Shown piece by piece: positions 31,141 to 39,994 of a stretch of 64,000 bases of DNA. Every line of letters starts with the position of its first letter. Positions within the stretch are counted from its first letter, which is position 1. The notes under the pieces were generated by a model, which searched no databases, was not told the DNA's origin, and saw nothing but the letters and a program-made list of their open reading frames with translations. A program made the translations under genes and the position numbers. The DNA is from Mucilaginibacter sp. (lineage in GTDB: Bacteria > Bacteroidota > Bacteroidia > Sphingobacteriales > Sphingobacteriaceae). Where the stretch lies: the NCBI RefSeq assembly GCF_028288225.1, contig NZ_JAQBOC010000062.1, positions 58,265 through 122,264 of the forward strand, written 5' to 3'.

Positions 31141-31291
31141 ATAAAAAGCTATACAGCGTTCTGAATTCAGAATGCTGTGTTAAAAATTAAACTTGCTTTA
31201 TGTACTATTGCAATAGCCAGAGATCGGCTGCTGGGCGGGATTTCCGGTTATCTTAATAGGGGCGTACAAAAGTGGGGAAAAAATAAGTTTC

Positions 31292-31348
31292 GTTACAAGT
31301 AACATTTTTGTTAAATTAGTTAAATCATATAATTGTTACGATTAACAA
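31292..31348. promoter_or_regulatory. two palindromic operators, likely for the MarR regulator
   Basis: GTTACAAGTAAC (31292-31303) and TTGTTACGATTAACAA (31333-31348), upstream of the efflux operon. Confidence 0.5.
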
Positions 31349-31550
31349 CCATTTAATTGCTGAATTGAGTGTTCTGGTGAATTAAATAATTTTAAACCAA
31401 TAACTTATAGCCTCCAAATATTGGCAGCAGGCGCGTACCTGATGCGATTGAAGTATTGCAATCTCCCCCGGTTTTTACGCTGTCCAGGATCTGGTTTTCA
31501 TAATTCCTTGCGGCAGTGATATCACTCGTAAAAAAAATCAAAAAACTATT

Positions 31551-31594
31551 GCGCAAGTAAATACTTGCGCTTATATTTGCAAGCACTTACTTGC
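31551..31594 (+). promoter_or_regulatory. ArsR autoregulatory operators flanking a Bacteroidota -7 element
   Basis: GCGCAAGTA-AA-TACTTGCGC and GCAAG-CACTTA-CTTGC flank TATATTTG (TAnnTTTG consensus). Confidence 0.7.
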
Positions 31595-31599
31595 GTAAT

Positions 31600-31932
31600 A
31601 TGAAAGCCAGACGTGATGTATACCAGGCAATAGCCGACCCTACCCGCAGGGCAATTATCAACATGATTGCCGCTCAGCCCCATAATGTAAACTCCATTGC
31701 CGAAAAGTTTGATATGACCCGCCAGGCTATCTCGCTTCACGTTAAGATTTTAACCGATTGCGGCCTCCTCACCATTAAACAGCGCGGCCGAGACAGGTTT
31801 TGCGAAGCACGGTTAGATCAGCTAAGTGAAGTATCCGCATTTGTAGATCAGTACCGTCAGCATTGGGAAAGTAAATTGGACGCTTTGGAAACATATATTG
31901 AAAAACTAAAAAAAGAAAAATATGGAAAATAA
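31600..31932 (+). CDS. ArsR/SmtB family regulator
   Basis: DVYQAIADPTRRAI; MTRQAISLHVKIL; ATG at 31600. Confidence 0.9.
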   Translation: MKARRDVYQAIADPTRRAIINMIAAQPHNVNSIAEKFDMTRQAISLHVKILTDCGLLTIKQRGRDRFCEARLDQLSEVSAFVDQYRQHWESKLDALETYIEKLKKEKYGK

Positions 31933-32395
31933 AAAAAGCAGCACACATGACCGGGAGCTTTTAATATCAAGAAAGCTAAATGCCCCGGTAGCGTTAGTTT
32001 GGGAAGTGTGGACCAATCCCGAACATATTGCTAACTGGTGGGGCCCTGATGGATTTACAAACACCATAAGTACGATGGATGTAATACCCGGCGGCGAGTG
32101 GAACCTGGTTATGCATGGCCCTGATGAAACGGATTATATAAACAAAAGCATATTTAAAGAGATAATCCCCTTTAAAAAGATAGTGTATGAGCATATCTCA
32201 TACCCCTGGATCCTTGCAACCATTAATTTTGAAGAACAGGGTGAACAAACGCTTATTACCTGGCATATGCTTTTTGAATCTGCTGAGCAATTTATCAAGG
32301 TGGTCAAAACCTTTAAGGCCGACGAAGGATTAAAACAGAATATAGAGAAACTTGGGGTGTACTTAACAGGATTAAACATCAAAAGCAGGCCCTAA
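31922..32395 (+). CDS. SRPBCC/AHSA1 family protein
   Basis: APVALVWEVWTNPEHIANWWGP; overlaps ArsR. Confidence 0.88.
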   Translation: MENKKSSTHDRELLISRKLNAPVALVWEVWTNPEHIANWWGPDGFTNTISTMDVIPGGEWNLVMHGPDETDYINKSIFKEIIPFKKIVYEHISYPWILATINFEEQGEQTLITWHMLFESAEQFIKVVKTFKADEGLKQNIEKLGVYLTGLNIKSRP

Positions 32396-32428
32396 AAACA
32401 GTTAGGCGCGAACCAAAATATTAACGTT

Positions 32429-33322
32429 ATGAGAGCTTTTAATAAACTAACCATCAATTTAAAAATTTCTATCCTGATTGCTTTGTTTCTTATAGCATCA
32501 GGAATGTTAGTAAATGCACAACAAAAACAAATTAAAAACATGGAAAATTTAAAAACATCAGGTTATGCCCCGGTAAATGGCCTGAATATGTATTATGAAA
32601 TACATGGCAAAGGTACCATGCCTTTAGTGTTGATCCATGGGGGTGGTTCAACCATTGAAACCAGCTTCGGTAATATGCTGCCGTTGCTTTCGGGTTATGG
32701 TAAAATAATTGCAATTGAGCTGCAGGCCCATGGCCGCACAAGCGACAGGGACGCTCCCGAATCTTTTATGCAGGATGCTGATGATGTGGCAGCCCTGCTT
32801 AAATATCTCAAAATAGATAAAGCTGATATTTTAGGGTTCAGCAATGGCGGCAGCACCACTATGCAAATTGCAATAAGGCATCCGGATATAGTTAACAAAA
32901 TAGTTGTTGTTGCAGGGGCTTATAAAAGAGACGGATTTATACCGGGTTTTTTTGAGAGCATGCCCAATGCTACATTAGATAATATGCCCGCGCCGCTAAA
33001 AACAGCTTATTTAAAGGTGTCACCAAATAAAAACGGGTTACAGACAATGTTCAATAAGGATAAACAACGGATGATAACCTTTAAAGACTGGAATGATGAT
33101 GATCTGCGATCGATAAAAGCACCGGCTTTGTTTATGGTTGCAGATCATGATGTGATAACGGTTGAGCATACTGTACAAATGTCGCGCTTAATACCAGGTG
33201 CACAGCTGGCTGTATTGCCTGGTGTACATGGCTCATTTATTGGCGAGGCCGGCACTGCAAAAAATGGCAGTAAATTACCCGGGATGACCGCTGCCCTGGT
33301 TGAAGAATTTTTAAATGAATAA
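32429..33322 (+). CDS. alpha/beta hydrolase
   Basis: LIHGG; QAHGRT; GFSNGG nucleophile elbow; C-terminal His. Confidence 0.88.
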   Translation: MRAFNKLTINLKISILIALFLIASGMLVNAQQKQIKNMENLKTSGYAPVNGLNMYYEIHGKGTMPLVLIHGGGSTIETSFGNMLPLLSGYGKIIAIELQAHGRTSDRDAPESFMQDADDVAALLKYLKIDKADILGFSNGGSTTMQIAIRHPDIVNKIVVVAGAYKRDGFIPGFFESMPNATLDNMPAPLKTAYLKVSPNKNGLQTMFNKDKQRMITFKDWNDDDLRSIKAPALFMVADHDVITVEHTVQMSRLIPGAQLAVLPGVHGSFIGEAGTAKNGSKLPGMTAALVEEFLNE

Positions 33323-33353
33323 ACCTGTTCTATAAAATAGCTGCCAGCAAAGG

Positions 33354-33557
33354 AAGAGGCTGTATCAAAAGTAAAATTATAAGATACCGAACAAAAATAA
33401 ATTTGGGGTAATAAAACTCCGTGCTGCTCTGCGTCTCCTTTGCACTTCGTGGTTAATGATTTTTTACCGCAGAGATCACAAAGAAGGCACGGAGATCACA
33501 GGGACCAACTATTATTTTGAGTGTTTTTTAGATTTAAGTCTTTTGATACAGCCTCTT
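33354..33557. mobile_element. MITE-like non-autonomous element with 18-bp perfect terminal inverted repeats
   Basis: AAGAGGCTGTATCAAAAG (33354-33371) and CTTTTGATACAGCCTCTT (33540-33557); no ORF; internal REP-like inverted repeat. Confidence 0.7.
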
Positions 33558-33625
33558 AGTCACAAATGCAGAAATTTTGGATTCATTTATTAAATAGATC
33601 TCTGAACCTGGCTCAAGCATTAAAC

Positions 33626-33761
33626 TATCATTATGATAATTTAGTCCTGTCAAAATGAAAGGCATTTAAAAAACAATGATACCTTGAATACTTAAAAACC
33701 CGCTTTCCTAACATAATAAAGCCATTAATTCAATTACATCAATATATGGCATGGCATTAGT
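33626..33761 (+). promoter_or_regulatory. sigma54 promoter A with paired enhancer boxes
   Basis: TATCATTATGATA 33626, TGTCAAAATGAAA 33648; TGGCATGGCATTAGT 33747. Confidence 0.65.
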
Positions 33762-33812
33762 TAATTATAGACCAGAAGTTTATTTTTTATACTTTTTATT
33801 AACAAAAACGTC

Positions 33813-33995
33813 ATGACAATATTTTATATCTTATTAAAAGTAAGTGCCTTATTGGCAATTATTATTATTCCTTTAAGGGGCCCAAAAAAGAAAAAAGCAG
33901 TAGTTGTAAAGGCCTATAGTAACCTTTCAGTAAACGAACATGGTTACCTGGAAAATAATGCCATCAATAATGTGAGCCGTCACCCGGTACATTAA
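33813..33995 (+). CDS. 60-aa single-pass membrane micro-protein
   Basis: Hydrophobic N-terminus, basic PKKKK linker, VNEHGYLE; own promoter and downstream hairpin. Confidence 0.65.
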   Translation: MTIFYILLKVSALLAIIIIPLRGPKKKKAVVVKAYSNLSVNEHGYLENNAINNVSRHPVH

Positions 33996-34006
33996 TTCTG
34001 TAAACA

Positions 34007-34143
34007 GATTATTTTGAAAAAAAAGCCTTTCATTTTGAGAGGTTTTTTTTATGTGTGAAATATCCTAAAATTAATAAAAACAGCCTTTGCATGCTTTAAA
34101 TGCACATTTTGCAGCATACATATATAATAGGCATTCTTTTGGT
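34007..34143 (+). promoter_or_regulatory. sigma54 promoter B with paired enhancer boxes (overlaps a terminator-like hairpin)
   Basis: GATTATTTTGAAA 34007, TTTCATTTTGAGA 34028; AGGCATTCTTTTGGT 34129. Confidence 0.55.
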
Positions 34144-34201
34144 ATAGACTATATCCGGTTAAAACCTTTTTAAAGCTTTAACTGAAATAAACAAAAAAGA
34201 A

Positions 34202-34747
34202 ATGGAAGATGAACGAATTATTGCAAGGTCAGCGATACCCTCTGATGTGGTTTTTGCTGACCAAATTATTCATGAAATGGAAAGTTCCGCAATAGCAAGA
34301 GGCTCGGGAATATCCAAAAGATCAGCAGCCTCGATCATTGAAAAAATAGACAACGGCAAAGCAATCGTTGCCGTAACCGAAAATGGTGAGTGGGCCGGTT
34401 TCTCCTATATCGAAACCTGGGACAATGAAAGGTTTGTCTCGAACAGCGGTCTGATCGTATCTCCGGATCATCGCAACAAAGGTGTAGCCTCTCTCATCAA
34501 AACACAAATATTTGAACTTTCACGCACAAGGTATCCGCTGGCAAAGGTGTTTAGTGTCACCTCGGGTTCGGCTGTTATGAAGATGAACACCCGCCTGGGT
34601 TTCGAGCCGGTTACCTATGCAGAAATAGCACGGGAAACTACCTTTTGGGATGGCTGTAAAAGCTGCGTGAACTATGATGTTTTGCAAAGTAAGAACAGGT
34701 GCAATTGTCTTTGTACAGCTATGCTGTTTAGCCCAAAGTTAAACTAA
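34202..34747 (+). CDS. GNAT N-acetyltransferase, Bacteroidota short ArgA-like type
   Basis: ARGSGISKRS; GFSYIETW; NSGLIV; AVMKMN..LGFEPVTY; FWDGCKSCVNYDVL...CLCTAML, the type I recall heading Bacteroidota arg operons. Confidence 0.75.
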   Translation: MEDERIIARSAIPSDVVFADQIIHEMESSAIARGSGISKRSAASIIEKIDNGKAIVAVTENGEWAGFSYIETWDNERFVSNSGLIVSPDHRNKGVASLIKTQIFELSRTRYPLAKVFSVTSGSAVMKMNTRLGFEPVTYAEIARETTFWDGCKSCVNYDVLQSKNRCNCLCTAMLFSPKLN

Positions 34748-34759
34748 ACTAAAACTACC

Positions 34760-35929
34760 ATGATTAGAAATTTTAAAGCAAGAGAACTTTCGCCGGTGCG
34801 CGAAAAGATGCCGTTAAGTAACCATTTATTTAGTGAAGCTGTCACTTTATTGCAAAAATTGATCAGGACACCGTCGTTTAGCGGACAGGAAGAAGAAGCG
34901 GCCGACCTAATCCAGGAGTACCTGGCAAGTTATGCCATCAAAGTAAAAAGAAAGGGTAATAATTTATGGTGTTACAATAAATTTTATGACCCATCATGGC
35001 CAACCATTCTATTGAACTCTCATATTGATACGGTTAAGCCTAATGATGGTTATACCAATGACCCTTTTTGCCCGGAAATTATTGCAGGGCGATTATATGG
35101 ATTAGGCAGCAATGATGCCGGGGGTTGCCTGGTATCGCTTATTGCTACTTTCCTTCACTTTTATTGTTACCAGGGCCTGGGATTTAATGTTTGTTTGGCA
35201 GCAACTGCAGAAGAGGAAAATTCAGGGCAAAACGGTATCAGGTCTATTTTGCCTTTATTGGGTAAACTGGAGCTGGCCATAGTAGGCGAACCAACCTTAT
35301 TGCAGATGGCTGTAGCTGAAAAAGGCAATTTGGTTATTGATTGTATCAGCAAAGGCCGCTCGGGCCATGCTGCAAGAGAAGAAGGAGAAAACGCCATTTA
35401 CAAATGCATGAAGGACCTGGAATGGTTCAGAACTTTCCGGTTCCCCCAGCAATTGGAGGGCCTGGCTCCGGTTAAAATGAATGTTACAACTATTAAAGCA
35501 GGATTGCAGCATAATATTGTGCCGGGTAAATGTGAATTTACCGTGGATATTCGCAATGATGATACCTATACCCAGGATTATATCCTAAATACGATCAAAA
35601 ATGCTGTGTTATCAGAAATCAGTGTCCGTCCGGGTTCGTTAGGGCCATCATCCGTACCTTTTGACCATCCCATAGTAAAAACAGGGATGGCCATAGGCTG
35701 TAAAACCTATAGTTCGCCAACTACTTCAGACCAGGCCTGGCTTACAATCCCTTCCGTAAAAATCGGGCCGGGTGATTCTGCCCGGTCACATTCTTCAGAT
35801 GAGTATATTTTCCTGGAAGAAATAAAGAACGGGGTCAATTTATATATCAAACTGCTGGATACGCTCCCGTTGATGCTGATCAATAATCCAAACAAGTACA
35901 AAAATGAAATCAAACATATTAATAATTGA
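34760..35929 (+). CDS. M20 metallohydrolase, acetylornithine deacetylase (ArgE)-like
   Basis: LLNSHIDTV; GLGSNDAGG; EEE; VGEPT; GHAA; SDQ; GPGDSARSH..DE. Confidence 0.85.
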   Translation: MIRNFKARELSPVREKMPLSNHLFSEAVTLLQKLIRTPSFSGQEEEAADLIQEYLASYAIKVKRKGNNLWCYNKFYDPSWPTILLNSHIDTVKPNDGYTNDPFCPEIIAGRLYGLGSNDAGGCLVSLIATFLHFYCYQGLGFNVCLAATAEEENSGQNGIRSILPLLGKLELAIVGEPTLLQMAVAEKGNLVIDCISKGRSGHAAREEGENAIYKCMKDLEWFRTFRFPQQLEGLAPVKMNVTTIKAGLQHNIVPGKCEFTVDIRNDDTYTQDYILNTIKNAVLSEISVRPGSLGPSSVPFDHPIVKTGMAIGCKTYSSPTTSDQAWLTIPSVKIGPGDSARSHSSDEYIFLEEIKNGVNLYIKLLDTLPLMLINNPNKYKNEIKHINN

Positions 35930-37244
35930 TGATGAGGTAAAGCTCAGCGCTTTGCTGGCCCGGATACTTGAAATGGAGGGATATCATGTATCCCAGGCAT
36001 CAACAGCAAAGACCGGCATCCGTTTGTTAGAGATTGAAGACATCAGTGTGGTGTTATGCGACGTGAAACTGCCTGATGCCAATGGTGTGGAGTTGGTTAA
36101 AAAGATAAAACAGGTTAAACCCTGGGTTGAAGTGATCAATCTTACGGCTTTTGGCTCCATCAGTGATGGTGTTTTGGCGATTAAGAACGGCGCCTTTGAT
36201 TATTTAACAAAAGGTGACGATAACGAAAAAATTATCCCCCTGGTTAGTAAGGCCCTTGATAAGGCCAATCTGCAATTCCGGTTAAATAAGCTGGAGCAGC
36301 AGATTGAAGAGCAAAGAGGTTTCCCAATAGTTTTAGGTCAGTCTCCGGCAATTATGGAAGCCGTTGAATTGGCTAAAAAAGTATCCAAAACAGATGCTAC
36401 CGTGCTTTTACTTGGTGAAACCGGGACAGGAAAAGAGGTTTTTGCTGAGGCTATACACCAGGAAAGCTTAAGAAAGGATAAGCCCTTTGTGGCTGTTAAC
36501 TGCAGTGCTTTTAGTAAAGAGCTATTGGAGAGTGAATTGTTTGGGTATAAGACCGGTGCCTTTACAGGTGCAGTAAAAGATAAAAAGGGCCTGTTTGAAG
36601 AAGCTAACGGTGGAACTATTTTTTTGGACGAATTAGGTGAAATGAGTCTTGACCTGCAGGCGAAGCTTTTGCGGGTGCTGGAAAACGGCACCTTTATAAA
36701 AGTCGGCGAAACAAAAATGACCAAAGTTGATATTCGCCTGATAGCAGCCACCAACCGCGATCTGCAGAAAGAAGCTGAAGAAAATCACTTTCGCCTGGAT
36801 TTGTATTACCGCTTATCGGGTTTTTCTATCGTATTACCTCCTTTACGTGAAAGATCCGGTGATATAGAAACTCTTACGCATCATTTTATAAAAATTTATG
36901 CTGCAAAAGTAAAAAAGAAGGTCCCTGAAATTGACGGGCGTTTTTTTAAGCTGCTCAATCAGCACAAATGGAATGGAAATATCAGGGAATTAAAAAATGT
37001 GATTGAAAGGGTGATCATTTTGATGGATGAGCCGATCCTGACCCCAAAACTGTTGCCTTATGAGTTTCATAATGGCGGCTATTTTGACCTGGCGGCTCTT
37101 GACCTGGATAGCGTGGAGAAGTATCATATTAACCGGATACTAAAGTATGCAAAAGGCAATAAGTCTGAAGCTGCCAGGATCCTGGGAATTGGTCTGGCAA
37201 CTCTCTATCGCAAAATTGAAGAATACCATCTTCTTTTAAATTGA
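35904..37244 (+). CDS. sigma54-dependent NtrC-family response regulator (probable partner of the Kdp kinase)
   Basis: Receiver IIDDE/LCDVKLP; GETGTGKE; ESELFG..GAFTGA; FLDE; Fis-type HTH GNKSEAARILGI. Confidence 0.93.
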   Translation: MKSNILIIDDEVKLSALLARILEMEGYHVSQASTAKTGIRLLEIEDISVVLCDVKLPDANGVELVKKIKQVKPWVEVINLTAFGSISDGVLAIKNGAFDYLTKGDDNEKIIPLVSKALDKANLQFRLNKLEQQIEEQRGFPIVLGQSPAIMEAVELAKKVSKTDATVLLLGETGTGKEVFAEAIHQESLRKDKPFVAVNCSAFSKELLESELFGYKTGAFTGAVKDKKGLFEEANGGTIFLDELGEMSLDLQAKLLRVLENGTFIKVGETKMTKVDIRLIAATNRDLQKEAEENHFRLDLYYRLSGFSIVLPPLRERSGDIETLTHHFIKIYAAKVKKKVPEIDGRFFKLLNQHKWNGNIRELKNVIERVIILMDEPILTPKLLPYEFHNGGYFDLAALDLDSVEKYHINRILKYAKGNKSEAARILGIGLATLYRKIEEYHLLLN

Positions 37245-37379
37245 TCATTTTGAGAAAACAACCGAAGCGAAATGAGAACCTTTTAAAGAACCAGCTTAAC
37301 ATAGCCGGTTCTTTTTTTTAATAACAATCTGATAAACAACACTTTATTAAAAATTATAAAAAGCTGGAATAACGATTGC
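37243..37379 (+). promoter_or_regulatory. sigma54 promoter C with enhancer boxes and IHF-like site
   Basis: GATCATTTTGAGA 37243, AAGCGAAATGAGA 37265; IHF-like TATCAGATTGTTA (minus, 37322-37334); TGGAATAACGATTGC 37365. Confidence 0.7.
37285..37319 (+). terminator. intrinsic terminator after the NtrC-type regulator
   Basis: AAAGAACCAGCT...AGCCGGTTCTTTTTTTT. Confidence 0.65.
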
Positions 37380-37484
37380 CTTTTCTGGCACGGGTCAGGA
37401 TCCTTTGATTTTAATCCAAACAACATACCCGGGGTAAACTGGATACTAGTTGTACCAGGTATTTAACATCAAATTATTTAAAAA

Positions 37485-38921
37485 ATGAAAAAAATTCTAT
37501 TGTCGATTACTTTAGGTGTGTCGCTAACTTATGCCTACTCCCAAAGTCAGTCTGTCCTTGCCTCCACCAACAATTCTGAGGTTAAGGTTCCGTCATTTAT
37601 CAAAGCTGATACTGTGGTAAAAAAAGACACAGTTAAGGCTAAAAGCGAACCATTTGCATTTGGTGATTTTACCTGGCTAAATGGGAACGACCGCAGGCAT
37701 TCTGCTCTGTTGGATTCTAAATATTTTACCGGCCGTATTTTGCTGGATGTGAACTATACCGCATCAAATAATAATCCAATTGACCATACAGTAGTTGGAT
37801 CAACTGCACTGGCCCATGATCATGAGTTTGAAATATCAACTGCCGCATTTGGAGGTGATTTCCATTATGATAACGTTCGGGCAACCATCCTCACCCAATT
37901 CGGTACCCGCGCCACGGTAGTTCCCCGTAACGATTTTAGTGTTACACGCGGGCAGTTCGATCTGGCTACCGCTTACCGTTACTTAAGCGAAGCCAATGCG
38001 GGTTACCATTTTAATGTGCTTCATGGTATCAACGTTGACGCCGGTATCTTTATGTCATACGTTGGTTTGTTCTCATATTATAATGCAGAAAACTGGGCAT
38101 ATCAGCCATCTTTTACTTCTGACAATACACCCTGGTTCTTTAACGGGATTCGCGTACAGATCTTCGTTTCTGATAAGCTGAAGATTGAACCATGGTTAAT
38201 AAACGGCTGGCAGTCGTATGGTATGTTTAACAGCCAGCCAGGTATAGGTGGTCAGATTTTATGGCGCCCTGTTGAATGGTTCCAGGCCCTTACTAATACT
38301 TACTATGGTGCCGATACGCAGGACAAACCAGGAAGAAAGCGTTTCCATTCTGATAACAGTGTTGAAGTGCGTTACTTCAAAAGCACCAACACAAATAGCT
38401 TTATAAACAGTATGGCATTTTCAGTTACGGGAGATATTGGCTTTGAAAAAGGTGATGGGGTAAATGGTTTTCATGCTGACCCGGTCAAAGGTCCGGCCCA
38501 ATATTTTGCAAGCGGTATGGCTTATAACCGTGTAATATTTGGTAAGGGCCATTATGGCTGGACAATTGGCGGAGGCGTGATCAATAATCCGGGCCGTTAT
38601 TTAGTATTGTATCCAACAGGTGATGCAAACCCTATCCCGGCAATTAACACAGGTGCAACAGGTTCGCATCCGTTTACTGCAAACCCGGGTGACCAGTTCC
38701 ATGGATATGATTACTCAACTACTTTGGACCTTATGCCGAATGATTATTTAACCTTCCGTTTGGAAGTGGTGCACAGACATGCCAATGTGCCTTATTTTGC
38801 AGGCCACGGCGGCGTAACCTCTCCTGACGGATACAACACCACCCCGGTACCATCAGATTTCAAACCGGATCTGGTGAATTCAGAAACCAGGTTTATAGCT
38901 GCGTTACTGGTTCGCTTTTAA
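37485..38921 (+). CDS. outer-membrane beta-barrel porin (DUF1597/BBP2-like)
   Basis: Signal peptide; EPFAFGDFTWLNG; DAGIFMSYVG; SDNTPWFFNG; C-terminal Phe. Confidence 0.8.
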   Translation: MKKILLSITLGVSLTYAYSQSQSVLASTNNSEVKVPSFIKADTVVKKDTVKAKSEPFAFGDFTWLNGNDRRHSALLDSKYFTGRILLDVNYTASNNNPIDHTVVGSTALAHDHEFEISTAAFGGDFHYDNVRATILTQFGTRATVVPRNDFSVTRGQFDLATAYRYLSEANAGYHFNVLHGINVDAGIFMSYVGLFSYYNAENWAYQPSFTSDNTPWFFNGIRVQIFVSDKLKIEPWLINGWQSYGMFNSQPGIGGQILWRPVEWFQALTNTYYGADTQDKPGRKRFHSDNSVEVRYFKSTNTNSFINSMAFSVTGDIGFEKGDGVNGFHADPVKGPAQYFASGMAYNRVIFGKGHYGWTIGGGVINNPGRYLVLYPTGDANPIPAINTGATGSHPFTANPGDQFHGYDYSTTLDLMPNDYLTFRLEVVHRHANVPYFAGHGGVTSPDGYNTTPVPSDFKPDLVNSETRFIAALLVRF

Positions 38922-38960
38922 AAATGATTTAAAACCTATCACTACATAAATTAAAATGTT

Positions 38961-38998
38961 AAGCCGTAAGCGGGGTTAAAGCCGCCTACGGCTTTTTT
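38961..38998 (+). terminator. intrinsic terminator
   Basis: AAGCCGTAAGCGG...CCGCCTACGGCTTTTTT. Confidence 0.75.
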
Positions 38999-39026
38999 AT
39001 GAAAGGTCTGAAACACTAAATGCTTT

Positions 39027-39163
39027 CCTCAATATGATAATAGGCCTTTATCAATACGAGTGAAAATAGAAAAGTATTATCATACACGCTAAAATTAAAT
39101 ATTTGATTTTCAGCGCATTAAATTATTGGAGGTTTAACATTTTTTATCTGGCACTTGGATGGC
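39027..39163 (+). promoter_or_regulatory. sigma54 promoter D with enhancer boxes and IHF-like site
   Basis: CCTCAATATGATA 39027, TATCAATACGAGT 39049; IHF-like AATCAAATATTTA (minus, 39096-39108); TGGCACTTGGATGGC 39149. Confidence 0.7.
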
Positions 39164-39174
39164 ATAACCCATCC

Positions 39175-39283
39175 ATATCAAACAAATAAAGATAACAATT
39201 AAGCGTAGCACTAACTTACCTTTCATTGTTTAGGTAAGTTAAGGTTGAATAAGAGAGCCGGGTTTTGCCGCCCGGCTTTTATT
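39175..39283 (+). ncRNA. candidate sigma54-dependent small RNA (or attenuating leader)
   Basis: No ATG; perfect 10-bp stem TAACTTACCT/AGGTAAGTTA with loop TTCATTGTTT; terminator AGCCGGG...CCCGGCTTTT; 5' end inferred from promoter D. Confidence 0.5.
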
Positions 39284-39327
39284 AAAAAAAATGGCAAAAA
39301 CACCCCGAATAATTAAAGAAATATAAA

Positions 39328-39924
39328 ATGAAAAATTTAATCAAAACACTTATTGTAATAGCAATAATAAGTTTATCCGCACTGCGTTCACAGGCACAAA
39401 CTTCAAATGGATCAACCGGCATCTATTTAACTGAACAGGATTACAAATCACACAAATTAACCTATACCTTATCACCAACTGATAAAATGCAACTAAATGA
39501 ATTCCTGGATGGAAAAAATGTTACCCTTGTTTACCAGGGCAAAAAATTAACCTTGCCTAAAAGCGGGCTTTTCGGTTACAGACTGCACAACCAGGACTTT
39601 CGCTTCTTTCACAATGAGGCCTACAGCATTGTAGATACTGCCGGCTTTATGCTTTATAAGAAAGATAAGCTAACTCAGCAGGGAAAAGGGTATATGCCGG
39701 TTGAAAGATATTTTTACAGTGTAAATTTAAATCAATCCATACACGAATTAACTATTGAAAACCTATGGAACAGTTTTCCGGGACAAACAGGGCTTCGCTA
39801 CAGCATTCAAAACAACTTTAAACAGGATGCCGACCTGGCGGCTTACGATAAGTTTGCCCACCAATATAAACTCAAATACCTTTACTTTCAGCAAAAGGAA
39901 GTAGCGGCCCATGCCAGCCTTTAA
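39328..39924 (+). CDS. secreted hypothetical protein
   Basis: Signal peptide ending SQAQ; GIYLT..DY; long ORF with its own terminator. Confidence 0.8.
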   Translation: MKNLIKTLIVIAIISLSALRSQAQTSNGSTGIYLTEQDYKSHKLTYTLSPTDKMQLNEFLDGKNVTLVYQGKKLTLPKSGLFGYRLHNQDFRFFHNEAYSIVDTAGFMLYKKDKLTQQGKGYMPVERYFYSVNLNQSIHELTIENLWNSFPGQTGLRYSIQNNFKQDADLAAYDKFAHQYKLKYLYFQQKEVAAHASL

Positions 39925-39966
39925 TTTACAACTATTGACTATATGATTGAACTACCCTGTTCAGGA

Positions 39967-39994
39967 AGAGCCCCGCACTGCCGGGGCTTTTTTT
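39967..39994 (+). terminator. intrinsic terminator
   Basis: AGCCCCG-CACTGC-CGGGGCTTTTTTT. Confidence 0.8.
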
